Positions 36,971 through 50,360 of a stretch of 64,000 nt of DNA are shown piece after piece. Position 1 is the stretch's first letter, and every line of letters begins with the position of its first letter. A program made the position numbers and the translations under genes. The notes beneath the pieces are model-generated. The model had not been told where the DNA came from. It ran no database searches and worked only from the letters and a program-made list of their open reading frames with translations. Origin of the DNA: Rebecca billardiae RCC1528 (lineage: Eukaryota > Protista > Haptophyta); the NCBI GenBank assembly GCA_965240325.2, contig OZ251223.1:4340001-4404000 (forward strand), written 5' to 3'.

Positions 36971-39197
36971 GCGCAAGGTGTCGCCCGACTGGAGCGTGGT
37001 CGTGGGCGAACACGTGGTGGACATCCAGCTGGCGCGCTTCACGAAGAACCTGCAGCCCTCGCACGTGGACGTGGTGGTGCTCGGGCTGCACACGCTCTTC
37101 GCGCTGCGCGAGTCGGGCGGGATGCGCTTCCAGAGGCGGCTCGACGTGCCGCCCTCGTGCATGGCCGTCTACCCGGCGGCTGAGGGCGCGGAAGGCGGCG
37201 GCGGCGGCAGCGACAACATCCTCGTGTGCTCGTCCACGGGCATGCTGATGGTGTTCAGGGAGGCGGCGCTGCTCTGGTCCGCGCGCGCGGAGCGGCCGCC
37301 GATCGCGCTCAGCGTGAGCGGGTTTGGCGGCGTGAACGGTGCGCGCGCGCCGCGTGCCGCGCGCGCGCGCTCTCGCGCCGCGCGGCCCCCGCCCCGCGCG
37401 CGCGCGCGCCCGCCCCCTTTGGTTCACGCCCCCCTCGTGTGTGCGCGGCACGGCCCCCCGCGGCTGCTGCTGCGCCGCGCCGCCCCCTGCGCGCGGCGCA
37501 GGCATGGTGTGCGCGATGGACGCGGTGGGCTCCGTCTCCGTGCTGTACTTGGGCACCGACCCGCCCACCTCCGCGGTGGGCGGCTCGCACGAGAAGGACC
37601 TCGACTACGAGGAGATGGACGACGAGCACCGCAAGCTGCTGCAGCGGATCAGGGAGTCGACCTCGGGCGGGAAGGCCGAGCCGGCCGAGTTCATCACGCT
37701 GCGCGCGCAGGTGCCGCCCACGCTCGACCCGCTCGAGGAGCGCGGGCTGGGCGAGGACGGGCTGCACGCCGCAGAGGCGACCGTGACGGTGCGCGTGGCC
37801 GTGGCGTACAACGGCGTCAGCGTGCTCGAGGGCGTGGCGCTCTCGCTCTCGTGCGAGCCGCCCTACTTTGTGACGCAGGACGCGATCGAGCTGCCCGCCC
37901 TCGCCGGGGGCAGCCGCACGCCCACCGTCATCCCGGTCGCCTTCCGCGCGCGCTCGGACATCCTGCCCACCTCGACCGAGGTGCGCGCTGCTGCGCCTGC
38001 GCCCTCGCGCGCGGCTGCGCGTGCGCTGCTGCGCCCGCGCGGCTGCGCCCGCGCGGCTGCGCCCGCGCGGCTGCGCGTGCGCGGCTGCGCCCGCGCGGCT
38101 GCGCCCGCGCTGCCACCCGGCGGCCGAGCCCTCCCCTCGCCCCCTCCTCTCCGCGCCAGGCGGTCGTGGTCGCCAACTACATGACGGCGGACGGCGAGCC
38201 GCGCACCGCGCGCACCGCGTTCCAACTGCCGCTCGCGCTCGTGTGCCGCGTGATCCCGCCGGTGAAGAACGCGGACTTCAAGGTGACGCTGGACACGGAC
38301 CAGCCGCCCACCGCGCTGCCCTCGCTCTTCGACGACGTGATCAACGCGCCCGGCCGCTCCGCCGACGCGGGCTCCAAGACCGCCTCCAACGCGCTCTCCT
38401 TCCAGTACCTCTGCGGGCCGGACGTGACGATCCTGCTCTCAAAGAACGCTGGCCGGTACCGGCTGCAGTCGGGCAGCTTCGAGGGGCTGTGGCTGCTCGC
38501 GCACGAGCTGGTGGTGCGGCTGCGCCGCGCGGTGCCCGGCGTCGAGGTGACGTTCAACGAGCCGCTCCCGCTGCAGGAGTACTTCGACCTCATCGACCTG
38601 CACTTCGAGCGCCGCCTGGCCATCGACGCGCTCGACCGCGAGCTCGAGGCGCGCGCGCACCAGTTCCGCGTCGTGCAGAAGCGGCTGCTGGTGCGCTTCA
38701 AGGACCGCAACCCGGCGCCGCTGGCGAACCTCGACCTGCTGCTCTCGGGCACGCACGAGCAGCTGCTCGGCCTCGCCGCCTCGATGGAGGCCGCGCAGCG
38801 CGAGCTCGCCGCCGCGAGCGCCAACCTCTCCTGTGGCACGCAGCTGATCAACCTCCTGGTCGCGCTGCGCTTTGAGCTCGACCCGCCCAACGCGGCCGCG
38901 CTGCGCTCGTACCTCTCGGCGCGCGTGGAGGACTCGGCGGAGCAGGGGTGGGAGGAGCGCACGGACGCGGCGCTCTCGCACCTGCTGCGGTACACGCTCG
39001 GCAAGTCCGCCAAGGACGCGAACGCCGCGTCGGTGGTCGCGCCGCCGCCGATGGTGATGCCGCAGGACGCGAACAAGCTCAAGAAGCACATCACCGTCAT
39101 GTGCGACCGCCTCTCCAAGGGCGGCCTCTTCATCAAGCCGCAGCAGCCGCCGCCGCCGCAGCAGCAGCAGCAGGCGGCGGGCGGGCAGCCCGCATGA
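36078..39197 (+). CDS. BBS9: Bardet-Biedl syndrome 9 / PTHB1 (BBSome); introns ~36178-36348, ~37339-37501, ~37981-38159
   Basis: MSLFKAREWW, LAVLHPRKL, CVQSIDG, YLGTDP, RYRLQS, QFRVVQKRLLVRFKDRNP, QGWEE, KLKKHI...DRL. Confidence 0.97.
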
Positions 39198-39530
39198 GCC
39201 CGGCGCCGCGGCAGGCCGTGGCTGCGGCGGCGCGCCACTTGGCGCGGTTGGAGTGAGTGCCGCTGGGCGGCTTGGGCTCATTGAGTTTGATGTCGCGCGT
39301 GTCCGTGACTACGGATCCGGCCCGATCTGCGCCGCCGCCTCGGCTTGTCGTCCTCCGCGGCAGCTCATCAGGATACTCATTCTATATGTATGATATTTAT
39401 TAACGACACAGGTAGGACGACGCGGGTCTCCTGATTGGCGTCGGCGGCAGCCAGTGATGCCCGATCGTCGACACCGGAAGTCGGCGGCGTAGTTGGTGGC
39501 AGAGCATAGCGCCTGCACCGCGATCGTACT

Positions 39531-41602
39531 CACAGTAAACAATTCGATTTTAGCCGTCACCGTAACCTGTCCGCACTTTCAGCCAGGGGACGCCCATTTT
39601 GAACTTCCGCCCAGTGGGGATGCGCTGGAATTTTTTTGATGCCCCGTTCGCGGCACTTCGCGCCGCCACAGTGGGGAAAGATCGGGCCGAAGCCGTTTGA
39701 GCATGGTCGTTCGCGCGCACGCCCATTCGAATCGATGGCGCGCTCCGAGCGGCGGGCGTGCGCGCATGTGTGCCGCGAGGGGGGCTGCGAGGCGTCGGTC
39801 GGCCTGCCAAGGCGGTTCTCCGGGGCGGCGTCACCCTCGCCCGCCCCTCCTCGCCCACCCTCGCTCCACGGGCGGCCACACGTGACCTGTTAAGATGACT
39901 TCACGGGAGCCGCGCGGCACGCGCGCGGAGAGGCGAGGAAGTGGTGTTTCGCGGAAAAACGCTCTATAGCATTGTGCTCAACCCATGTGGGCACCCGCTC
40001 CACAAGTTTGCGCGCCTTCAAACCGCACACAGCGGCCTGAGCAGCTCCCAGACTGAGTTTCGCTCTTGAAGCCTGTTTTTGGGCCAGATCTTGGTGTGGA
40101 TGTAGCGCGGCGAGGAGGCGCCGGGCGCGCGCCCGAGCTGCGTGCTGGCACTCGCCATGACCCATAGGCATCGTCCGTCGCGAACGACCCGGCTCGCCTC
40201 GACCTCTCCGACCCGCCGGGCAGCCACGACCGAGCACGGCACGACAATGGCCAAACCGGGAGGCTTCTCAGACCGCGCGGGATGGGCATAGGCGCGAGAG
40301 AGGGCGCCCAGCGCGCTCTTGAGATGCACCGGAGCACGCACTGATGCGTATGGAACCATCCCATCACGATCGCCCCGACCTGGCGCGCCCTATCTGGCCC
40401 GTCAGGCTGCCCGCGCCGCCGCCGCCGCGCCACGCCGCCACCACGGGCGCCGCCGCATCGCGGGCACGTGGGTAAGTCTGTATTCAACAAATACAGAATT
40501 TCCGGTGCGGCCCTCTGTTGGGCGGCAAGGTCGATCTGGTCGACACCTGCCACGCGGCATGGGCCACGGCGCGGCGAGGTGGCGGCTGGCGCACCGCGGC
40601 GCGGGCGGGATGGCTCGAGGACACCACCGCCCCGCCTCCCACGCCGCGCCGTGCGCGTGCGCCGTGCTCTCGTCGCGTACCGAATTTCCTGCGGCGAGCG
40701 ACGTCACACAGCGCGACCTGCCATCGCGCGACCAAGTGCGCTTCAGCTCGGCGATTTGTCGTATTTGTTGAATACATGCGGGTACGAATCAGCCGCAAGA
40801 TCGCCGTCGATAGCGAGACTCGCATCGCCCGAGAGGGCGCGCGCTGCGTGGAGTGGCACGCGACGCGGAGAGGGCGGGTGCGGTGCCGCGGGCGCGCGAC
40901 TGGTCTAGAACATCCCAATGAAGCGCGGGACGGCGCCGCACGCCTGTGCTCGCCGCCGTCTCCTCGCAGTCGAAAATATCTGTGCACCAGTTCTGCCTGG
41001 GGTTGGGCCGGCCTCGCACGCGGCACGCGGGCACTGTTGCGGGGAGGAGTGTGATATGGCAGGCTGTGGCGAAGTGGATGGCCGTGTAGGAGTATGCTGG
41101 GAAGGGCCGTTCCCGCGCTCGCGCGGTGCCTCGCGCACGCCTCGTCGAGGACGAGCGTGTTTGAATGGCTCCCGGGAGGCCTGAGGCATTCGCTTGTTGA
41201 CGGCAGCTCGCAACAGGTGCACACGACGAAGGTGACGACCAGGCACTCCGGCGAGGGCGGCTGTGCTGGCAGCAGACTGCATTTGGAGTAAGATGCGCCA
41301 TCTTACGCGCCGCTTCGCCTCGCTGCATCGCCGCACTGAGCAGCAGGGCCCCACGCTCACGAATGGCTCACCACGAGCTACGTGACCGGCCAGCCGCGTG
41401 CAACCCGGCGAGGCAGAGAGGGGCGGAGGGATGGGGAGGCTGGGTGGGGTGTTGCAGTCCCGTGCCCTGGGCACTCGCCAGGCGCCTGCGCGACCACCGT
41501 AGCGTCTTCTGTGCGCTCGTGCGGCCCGCGCGATAAATTCCCCGAAAATCGGCTCGCATCGGACAGGTTACGGTGACGATAATCCCGTTTTTGTTCACTG
41601 TG
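39531..41602. mobile_element. Non-autonomous DNA transposon with CACAGT termini, 43-bp bipartite TIR and 2-bp TSD (CMC/EnSpm-like)
   Basis: Terminal 12 bp match at 11/12, then a 12-bp variable spacer, then 19 bp perfect (cgtcaccgtaacctgtccg); CT on both flanks. Confidence 0.85.
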
Positions 41603-41658
41603 CTACGTAAACTGTATGCGATCGTCGTATTGCGATATAACGACGAGCAGTCGCGTCG

Positions 41659-41898
<240 letters not shown>

Positions 41899-42251
41899 GG
41901 ATGCGCTCCGCTCATCGCCATCATCGGCGGCTCACCGAGCAGGGGCGCGCCCGAGCCGGGCGGCCCGAGGCCGAGGGCGGCCCACCATATACGCGGCGCA
42001 TATGACGACGCGCGATATATATGCGATATATATATATTCATCAGCATCGATCATCATCATCAGCATATCATCATCATATCGATCATCATCGCGGATGATC
42101 GGCGCGGCGCGCAGTGCTGCGCGGACTACTACTCCGATTGGCGGAGTATTAGACGACGGCGACGAGGCCGACCTCCTCACCATCGCCACCCGCCAGAGAT
42201 GTCGTCGCGCATCGCTAGATCGTGCGTGTTTGCTCCTCGATCTCGACCTCG

Positions 42252-45200
42252 TCACGGCTGCCGCCGCCGCGGCTGCTGCGGGGCCGCCCACACGTACGCC
42301 GTGCCCGGCTTGCCGTACGGCGCCGGCCGCCACTTGTTGGGAGGCGGCGGGTCGATCGGCCGCGGCGCGCGCGTGCCGTACACGATCCTCACGGCGGGCG
42401 GCTGCGCCGGCGTATCGTCTGCGGACGCAGCCGCGCCCGAGGCGGCTGCTGCGCCGCCGCCGGCCGCCGGCTGCGCGTCGGGCGAGTCCGCGCCGTGCGC
42501 CCCGCCGCTGGGCGGCTCGGGCCACGCGTCCGCGCGCTCGTGGACGGCGTGCGGCTCGGCGCGCGGCGCGCGCGCCCGCTCGCGCACCACCTCCCACACC
42601 ATCAGCGTGCGGTCCGAGCCGCCCGCCGAGACCACGTGCGCGTCGTCGTGCGTGAACACCGCCGCGGGCACGTGCGAGGCGTGCGCAAAGTAGGGCCCCG
42701 CGCACGGCGCGTGCTGCACGACGCACGGGTAGCGGAACAGCTTGAGGTGGGACTGGTCGTCCGAGCTGACGAGCAGCTCGCCATCGGCGGAGCGGCACAC
42801 GCGGTTCACGCTCGACGAGAGCGCGCCATCTGCGCCGCGGCGTGGCGCGGCGCGCACGGCGCGCGCCAGCGCGCTCAAGCCGCCGGCTGCCGCGCGCTGC
42901 GCGCTGCGCTGCGCGCCCCAGCGCGCGCGCGCGGCGCGAGCAGGCCGCGCACGGCGCACTGCGCGCGGCGCCCGGCGCGCGCGCACCCGGCCAGATGCCC
43001 ATGACGGGGAAGCCGAGGGGGCTGCTCCACGAGGCCCAGCTGCGCAGCGTGCAGCCCGCGCGCTCGAAGGGGTCCTTGGCCTGCGCGCACGGGGGAGGCG
43101 GGCGCGCGGGAGCGCAGCGGCGGCCGCGCTCGGCATCAGCGCAGCCGCGCACAGCGGCGCGGCGCGCCGCCCGCCCGCCCGCCCGCCCGCCAGAGCGCGC
43201 TTGGCGCTGCGCTGCGCGGCGCGGCGCGGCGCTCCTCGGCGCGCTTGGCGCGCACCAGCTTGCCCGTGCGCGCGTGCCAGAAGAGCAGCTCGCGCGCGGC
43301 GGTCGCGCCCTGCAGCACGTCGGAGCTGCGCAGCCAGTCGAGCGTGCGCACCGCGGAGGAGGAGCCGCGGCAGCGCGCGAGCGGCCCGCCGAGCACGCCG
43401 CGGGCGCTGAGGGAGAAGACGTCGATGGCGCGGCCGCACGCGGCGGCGAGCAGGGTGCCGTCGGGCGCGCACGCGAGCGCGCCGACGGGCGCGTCGGCCG
43501 GCGCGTCCGCCGAGCGCGCGCGCGAGAGCTCCTCCAGTCCGGGCAGGGCGTACGTGCACACCGCGCCGCCCGCCAGGCCGACACAGACGTAGCCGCCTGC
43601 GGGCTGCCCAAAGCACACGGCCGTGGCCGCGGCGGGGAGGGCGCGCGAGAGCGGCGGCGCGGCCGGCGAGCGGACGTCCCACACGCACAGCCTCGCGTCG
43701 TACCCCGCGCTCGCGACGAGCTGCTGCGTTGGGTGCGCGCACACCGCGTCCACGCGCCCCGCGTGCGCGCTGCTCACGAGCGCGCACCGGCCGCCGTCGA
43801 TGCGCCACAGCTCGCCCGCAGCCGTGCCGAGGACGAGCGTGCGCAGGCACGCGGCGGCGGCGGCGGCGTCGGCGGCGGCGTCGGGCGCGGGCGCGGGCGC
43901 GTCGTCGGCGCAGATGGCGTCGAGCGAGCGGATCGCGCGGCGCGGCGCGAGGCGGCGCGCGCGCGCCGGCGGCGCGCCGGGCAGCGCCTCGCGCGCGCGC
44001 GCCGCCTCGCGCGCGCCCGGCGGCGCGGGCGGCGGCGCGAGCGGCGCGGACGAGCCGCCGTCCGCGCCGAGCGTGAAGGAGGCGGCGCGGGCGAGGTGCG
44101 CGCGGCCGGAGCGCGCGAGCTCGAGGCCGTCCAGCGTCCACAGGTGCACCATCCCGTCCGCGCCGCCGCTGACGAACCCCGCGCGCGAGCCGACGAGCGC
44201 GGTGACGCGCGTGCCGCGCGCGTGCGCGTCCGGCACGCGCCCCGCCCACTGCGGCGCCGCGAGCGCGCCGCCGCCGCCGCTGGCGCCGCGCGTGTGCGCC
44301 ATCGCGCTGAGGTGCCACGCGTACAGCGAGCCGTCCTCCGCGCCCGTGAGCGTGAGGCTCTCCATCGGCGTGCCCGCCGCGCCGAACGCGACGCACGACT
44401 GCTCGCGCGGCAGCGCCGGCGCCGCGGCCGCGCCGCGCGCGCCGCGGCCGCGGCCGGCCGCCGGCCCGCTGGACGGCCGCGTCGCGCGCGCCGAGCTGCC
44501 GCCGCCGCCGCCGCGGCCGCCGCTCGAGGGCGGCGCGCCGCCGCGCGGCGTGCCGCGCGGCGTGCCGCGCGGCGGCGGCGGCGCCGCGCCCACGCCCGCC
44601 GTCGGCGCCGCGCCCTGCTTCGCCGCGAAGCTCCACAGCCCGCCCGCCTCGCCGGCCGCCACGGGCGGCTCGGCAAACAGGAAGCGCGGCATCGGCGCGC
44701 GCCCGACCACGACGAGCACGTGCGCGGCCGCGCGGCCGCCGTGCGCGCGCAGCGGCGCCCAGGCGAGGGCGTGCACGGCGGGCTCGCCCGGCCGGTCCGC
44801 GGCGATCGTGTGCGCGTGCCCCACCAGCCGCCCGCGCTCCCACTCCCACACGCCCAGCTCGTGCGCCTTGGCGTCCACGCCCACCGCCGCCAGCCACGTG
44901 CCCGCGCTCGGCTCAAACGCGGCGCAGCAGATCGAGTAGTTGTAGAAGGGCGCGCGGACGAGGTCGTCGTCCACGCCGAGGTCGGAGGCGCGCTGCGCCC
45001 GCTTGCGCGGGACGTAGCCCACCGTCGCGCGCGCGCGCATGCTCCCCGCCTCCCACACCTTCAGGTACGGCCCCGAGCGCCCGCCCTGCCCGCTCGCCAT
45101 CAGCGCGCGCGACGGGTGTCGCGCGAGGCACGTCACGTCGTCGTCGTGGCCGGTGAAGAAGCGCTGCGCGCCCGTGGACGGGTCGAGGACGACGACGACG

Positions 45201-46684
45201 CCCGCGGCGGCGTACGCGACGTGCGCGCCCGCCGCCCCGCCCGCCCCGCCCGCCCCCGCGCCCGCCCCGCCGACGAGCAGCACGTTGGGCGAGCGCGTCC
45301 ACTTGGAGGCGCCGTTGTACCCGTGCACGCGCGACAGCGCCAGCGAGGCGGCGGGTCGGCGCGCGGAGCGGCTCACGAGCTCGGGGGTGAAGTCGCGCGG
45401 CGTGGCGACGGGCGTGGCGCACATGCGGTACTTGAGCGCGGCGGGCAGCTCGGCCGCGCGCGGCGGCCGCACGTACCGCTCGCCCGAGCGCCCGGACTCG
45501 GCGTCGAACGGACCGGCGGCGAGCGGCGCGCCGCCAAACGCGCCGCGCGCGTGCTCGGTGCGCGGCGCGCGCCGGTGCAGCGCGGCGGAGGCGCCGAAGA
45601 GGTGGGCGGCGCACGACGCGAACTCGGGCTCGAGCGCGAGCGGCGGGTACACGTACGACACCAGCCGCAGCGCGCGCGCGTCCACGCCCGCCGCCGCCGC
45701 CTCGGGCGGCTCCGCGCCCGCCTCCGCCTGCGCCCACAGCGCGCGCAGCAGCAGCGGGTGCGTGTACGGGGCGCCCCCCTCGGCCGCGCCGCACTGCGCG
45801 GCGAGCAGGCGCAGCGCGGCGCGCAGCGCGGGCGGCGAGAGGTGCGGCGGCGCCGCGGTCGCCGCGGCGTGCGCGCCGGCCTCCGCCGCCGCCGCCGCGC
45901 CGCCCTCCTCGAGCGCGCGCATCAGCAGCAGCTGCTGCCGCGCAGACTCGCGCTGCGGGCCGTGCAGCGTCGCGCGGTCCGTGGGCTCGAGCGGGTCGGC
46001 GCCGGCGGCGACGAGCGCGCGCGCGCGCTCGGCGAGGTGCGTGCGCAGCACGTCGAGCGCGTGCACGAGGTGCTCGCCGAGCGCGCCCGCCGGCGGCGCT
46101 TCGGGCGGCGTCGCAAAGCCGCGCGCGCCGCCGCCGCCCGCCGCCTGCGGCACGGCCGGCGCGCCGCCCTCGGCCGCGCGCGCGGCGGGCGGCTCGGAGG
46201 GGGATTCGAACGCCTGGCTGGGCGAGGCGAACGTGCGCCCCCCCGCGCACCCCGGCTGCGCGCGCTCCGCCGCCTTCTCCGCGCCGCGCCGCGCGGCCGC
46301 GTCCCACGCGTGCGCGTACCGCGCGTCGTACGGCGCCTCCGCCGTCCAGCCGCTCGCGCGCGCGGCGGCGAGGCGGCGCTCGTCGTGCGCCTCGACGAAC
46401 GAGCGCTCGGGCGGCTCGTCGCCGCGCAGCACCCGCCGCCCGAACTCCGAGAGCCGCACCTTCCCGTCCGGCCCCGCGTGCGTGCTGAAGAGCGCGTCCA
46501 CCTCCGGCTGCGGCGCGCCGCTCACGCCCAGCCGCTCGACGAGCGCGCGGAAGTGGCGCGGGCCGATGTCGCCGTCGCTCACGCCCGTGACGGCGCGGGC
46601 GATGGCCGCGTACGTGCGCCACGGCTGGCCCGACGAGGGCGTCTTGCGCTCGATGCCGTCGCGCAGCTGCTGCGCGAGCTGCAT
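42252..46684 (-). CDS. Echinoderm microtubule-associated protein-like (HELP/WD40) protein; at least two introns near 43250-43081 and 42990-42829
   Basis: [11 protein letters not shown] (HELP), [20 protein letters not shown]40 repeats, [29 protein letters not shown]; EF-hand-like N-terminus. Confidence 0.88.
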
Positions 46685-47024
46685 CGTGCCGCCGCCGATC
46701 AAAACGCGCCGGCGGGGCGGCCGTTAGTAGCAGCTGCGAGCTTACTTCACGCTGCGCGCACGCACGTGGCGGCAGACAGTACGAGTACTGTAGTACTTTA
46801 GTAGTTATACTGTACAGTACAGTATCCGATACAGTTGACTAATAAGCAGGACTACAGAGTACTATGTTTTAACGTGCACGTTATTATAATACTGAGTACT
46901 GATGTATACTTGGCATGCATGGCATGGCACGACACGACGACGACAGCGGATGGCTGAATCCTGCCACTGCGCGTGACACTGAGTCAGACTGCCGACGACT
47001 GTGGCGCAGCGGCGCCCCGGTTCA

Positions 47025-49422
47025 CTAGCACAGCGCTGCGGGGCAGGTGGGCAGCGGGATGATGAGCCCGCCAAAGAGCAGCGAGCGGCGGCTGTCCGCG
47101 CGAGTCTGCTGCTGGATGATATGAATGATGCTGCGCCGGGCGCTCGACTTCTGGAGCAAGCCGCTCATGCGAGCCTCGACCACCTCGCCGAGCGAGCGCC
47201 GTGGCGGCGAGGGGCACAGGCAGTCGACGCCGGCGACAAGCATGAGTGTGGGCGGAGACGGCGGCAGGGGCGGCGAGGGCGGCGAGGGCGGCGGGCTCGG
47301 CGGTGGGGATGGCGGCGGGCTGGGCGGCGGGCTCGGCGGTGGGGATGGTGGTGGGCTGGGCGGTGGGGACGGCGGGGGGCTGGGCGGCGGCGAGGGTGGC
47401 GGGCTGGGCGGTGGGGATGGCGGCGGGCTGGGCGGCGGGGACGGCGGTGGGCTGGGTGGCGGCGTGGGAGGCGGGCTGGGCGGCGGTGACGGCGGTGGGC
47501 TGGGTGGCGGCGTGGGCGGTGGGCTGGGCGGTGGGGACGGCGGGGGGCTGGGGGGCGGCGAGGGCGGCGGGCTGGGCGGTGGGGATGGCGGCGGGCTGGG
47601 CGGCGGGGACGGCGGCGGGCTGGGCGGTGGGCCGGGTGGGCTGGGCGGCGGGCTGGGCGGTGGGGACGGCGGCGGGCTGGGCGGCGGGGACGGCGGCGGG
47701 CTGGGCGGTGGGGACGGCGGTGGGCTGGGTGGCGGCGTGGGCGGCGGGCTCGGCGGTGGGGATGGCGGCGGGCTGGGCGGTGGGCCGGGTGGGCTGGGCG
47801 GCGGGCTGGGCGGTGGGGACGGCGGTGGGCTGGGTGGCGGCGAGGGCGGCGGGCTGGGCGGTCGGGATGGCGGCGGGCTGGGCGGTGGGGATGGCGGCGG
47901 GCTGGGCGGTGGGGATGGTGGTGGGCTTGGCGGCGGGGACGGCGGTGGCTTGGGTGGCGAGGGTGGCGGCGCGGGTGGCGACGGGGCCACCTGAAGTGGA
48001 ACGTCGATGAGAGGGAGCGCATCGCCCAGTGCGCCGGTGCCGTCGCCGCGGCTGGCTGTGTCGCCCTGGCCGAGCTGGCCGATGGTGTTGGCGCCCCAGC
48101 ACTTGATGTCGGCGGTGCCGTCGAGTACAGCGCACGAGAAAGTCTGAGCAGCCCGCACGCTGACCGCTGTGCGCCCGCTGCCGAGGTCGACCGGGGTGAG
48201 CGCGTTGCCCATCTCGCTGGCCACGCCACCAACCGTTCCCGAACTGGCTCCGTTGCCCAAGCGGCCGTTCCCCATCTCTCCCCAGCATAGCACCTCGCCG
48301 GCGGCGGTGACCACGCACGTGTGATCGTCGCCTGCGCTGATCTTCACTGCGGGGCTGTCTCCGACGTTGATCGCCTGCGCAGCGGAGCGAGGCGACGAGG
48401 CAGGAAGGGGTGGGCGATTGCGTGAGTGAGTGGCAAGCATGCATTCAGCGACGCGGTCACACAAGCTCGCAGTGGTGGCGCAGACAGCGCGCGTGCGCGC
48501 GCGGCGCTGCGCGCACTGGCAGCGCGTCGCCCATCTCGCCAGGCCCGTCGCCTCGGTGGCCGCCGTCGCCTGTCCCCAGCCTGGCGAGGTCGTTGCTGCC
48601 CCAGCATTTGGCCGATCCATCGTCCAGGAGCGCGCACGAATGCGAACCGCCGAGGCTGAGCGCGGTCGCATGGCGGCCTGTGCCCAGGCTGAGCGCGGGC
48701 AGGCTGTCGCCCATCTGCCCTGACCCGCTGCCTCGTGTGGTGGTGTCGCCATAGCCGAGGCGGCCACTCGTACCAGAGCCCCAGCACTTGGTGCTGGTGT
48801 CGTCAAGCACGACACACGCATGGAGTCGGCCGGTCGCCGCCTGAGCGACGGTGCGGCCTGCACCGAGGGAAATGGGCGGCAGTGCGTCGCCCATCTCGCC
48901 GGCCGAATCGCCGCGAGCGAGGTTGTCACCTGTGCCAATCACGCCGTTCAGGCCGAAGCACTTGATCCGCCCGTCGTCGCTCAGCGCACACGTGAACTCG
49001 CCTCCGGCGAGGATGACAGTAGATGTCCAGCCCGTGCCGAGGTCGATCGGTTGGATCGCGCCGCCGAGCTCGCCAGGGTTCTGCCCGCGAGGGTTGTTGT
49101 CGCCGAGGCCAAGCTGGCCGCGGGCATTATCTCCCCAGCAGGTGGCAGCTCCGCCGTTGAGCAGCGCGCACGTGTGACTGTACCCGACAGACACCGCCGC
49201 CGCGGAATAGCCGGTGGGCAGAGAGACGTTGGCAAGCGCCACACCCATCTCACCGGGCTCGTTGCCTCGTGCGCTCTGGTCACCGACACCGAGCTTGCCG
49301 TAATCGTTCTGGCCCCAGCAGCGCACGTCTCCGCTCGCGGCCACTGCGCACGCGGAATACCCTTGCGCGTCGAACAGGTTCTGGCCGAGGCTTGCGACGA
49401 TGAGAAGAGGTGCCAGCGACAT
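47025..49422 (-). CDS. Secreted RCC1/BLIP-II-repeat protein with long (SPPP)n extensin-like stalk; intron 48516-48375
   Basis: Repeated HTCA...CWGxNxxGxLG...GEMGDALP units, signal-like N-terminus, about 55 SPPP repeats (47265-47990). Confidence 0.88.
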
Positions 49423-50229
49423 CTTCGATGGGCGAGGGGGAGGCGAGGGACGCGGAGGAGTGGACCGATCAAAACGGCTGACCGAAGCCTCGGGCTCAAG
49501 CCTCGAGGGTGGAGCGAAACTGACGCCCACGAGCCGCTGTGCGTCCCGGACTCCCGACGAAAAAATACGGGGATGGCAATCTCCCGTGGCTCATGTATTT
49601 TAGTACGAGATGTTCCGATTAGTTAATAATAGTTTGCAGCCCGCTGCACTTGATGAGTTGACTGTGATCAATATTCTATATATATATATCGTCCCTACGA
49701 GACATAGCAATCAACTATTGATCAATGAGTAATCATTTAATGTGAGTGCTGATAGGAACTAACCCGCCAGTCAACCAAGCGACGCGATATCAAGCCATTC
49801 GAAATTTCGACCGCGCGGGCAACTACAGCCATCGCTACCGATAGTCCGATACCACGGTATGATCGGCCACTGCCACCAACGAATCAGGAGTGACCTGCGC
49901 CCGGTCCCGGCCTGTGACTAATTCTATGATTTAAAGACACAGGCACGAGGGCGCAGCTCTCCTGATTCGTCTGTCGAAGTACTGAATGGAGTTAATGGAG
50001 GATGTCGGAGCGCGTTGGCCGCGGGTGAGGGAGTCGTCGTAACCGATGCTGATCACACGGTCACTGAGGTAGTAGGCGCCCGGGGATGCCGCTGTTTTGC
50101 AGTCGTCGTCGGCCTTGGTCATCATGTAGTTGCCCGCGTCGTCGTCGTCCGAGGCTGTTCAAGTTGATGCCGTAGTGCAGGTAGTGGATGTGGTCGCCCG
50201 GGCCGGTGTGCGCGGCCTAGTGGCCTTGC

Positions 50230-50360
50230 CGAGTTGAGGGAGTAGTCGCCCGTGCCGTTGAGGAAGTCGTCGTCCTTGCCATTGAGGAAGTCGTCGCCCT
50301 GGCCGCAGAGGAAGTCGTCGCCCTTGCCGTTGAGGAAGTCGTCGTCCTGGCCGCTGAGGG
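50230..50360 (-). repeat. 24-bp coding-like tandem repeat (GxxDDFLN)x5
   Basis: GQDDDFLN GKGDDFLC GQGDDFLN GKDDDFLN GTGDYSLN; no ATG-initiated gene. Confidence 0.6.

Noticed and set aside
41586-41602. True V(D)J-type RSS (CACAGTG plus ACAAAAACG)
   Set aside because: The nonamer-like sequence is only 1 nt from the heptamer and is absent at the other end; no RAG or Transib ORF.
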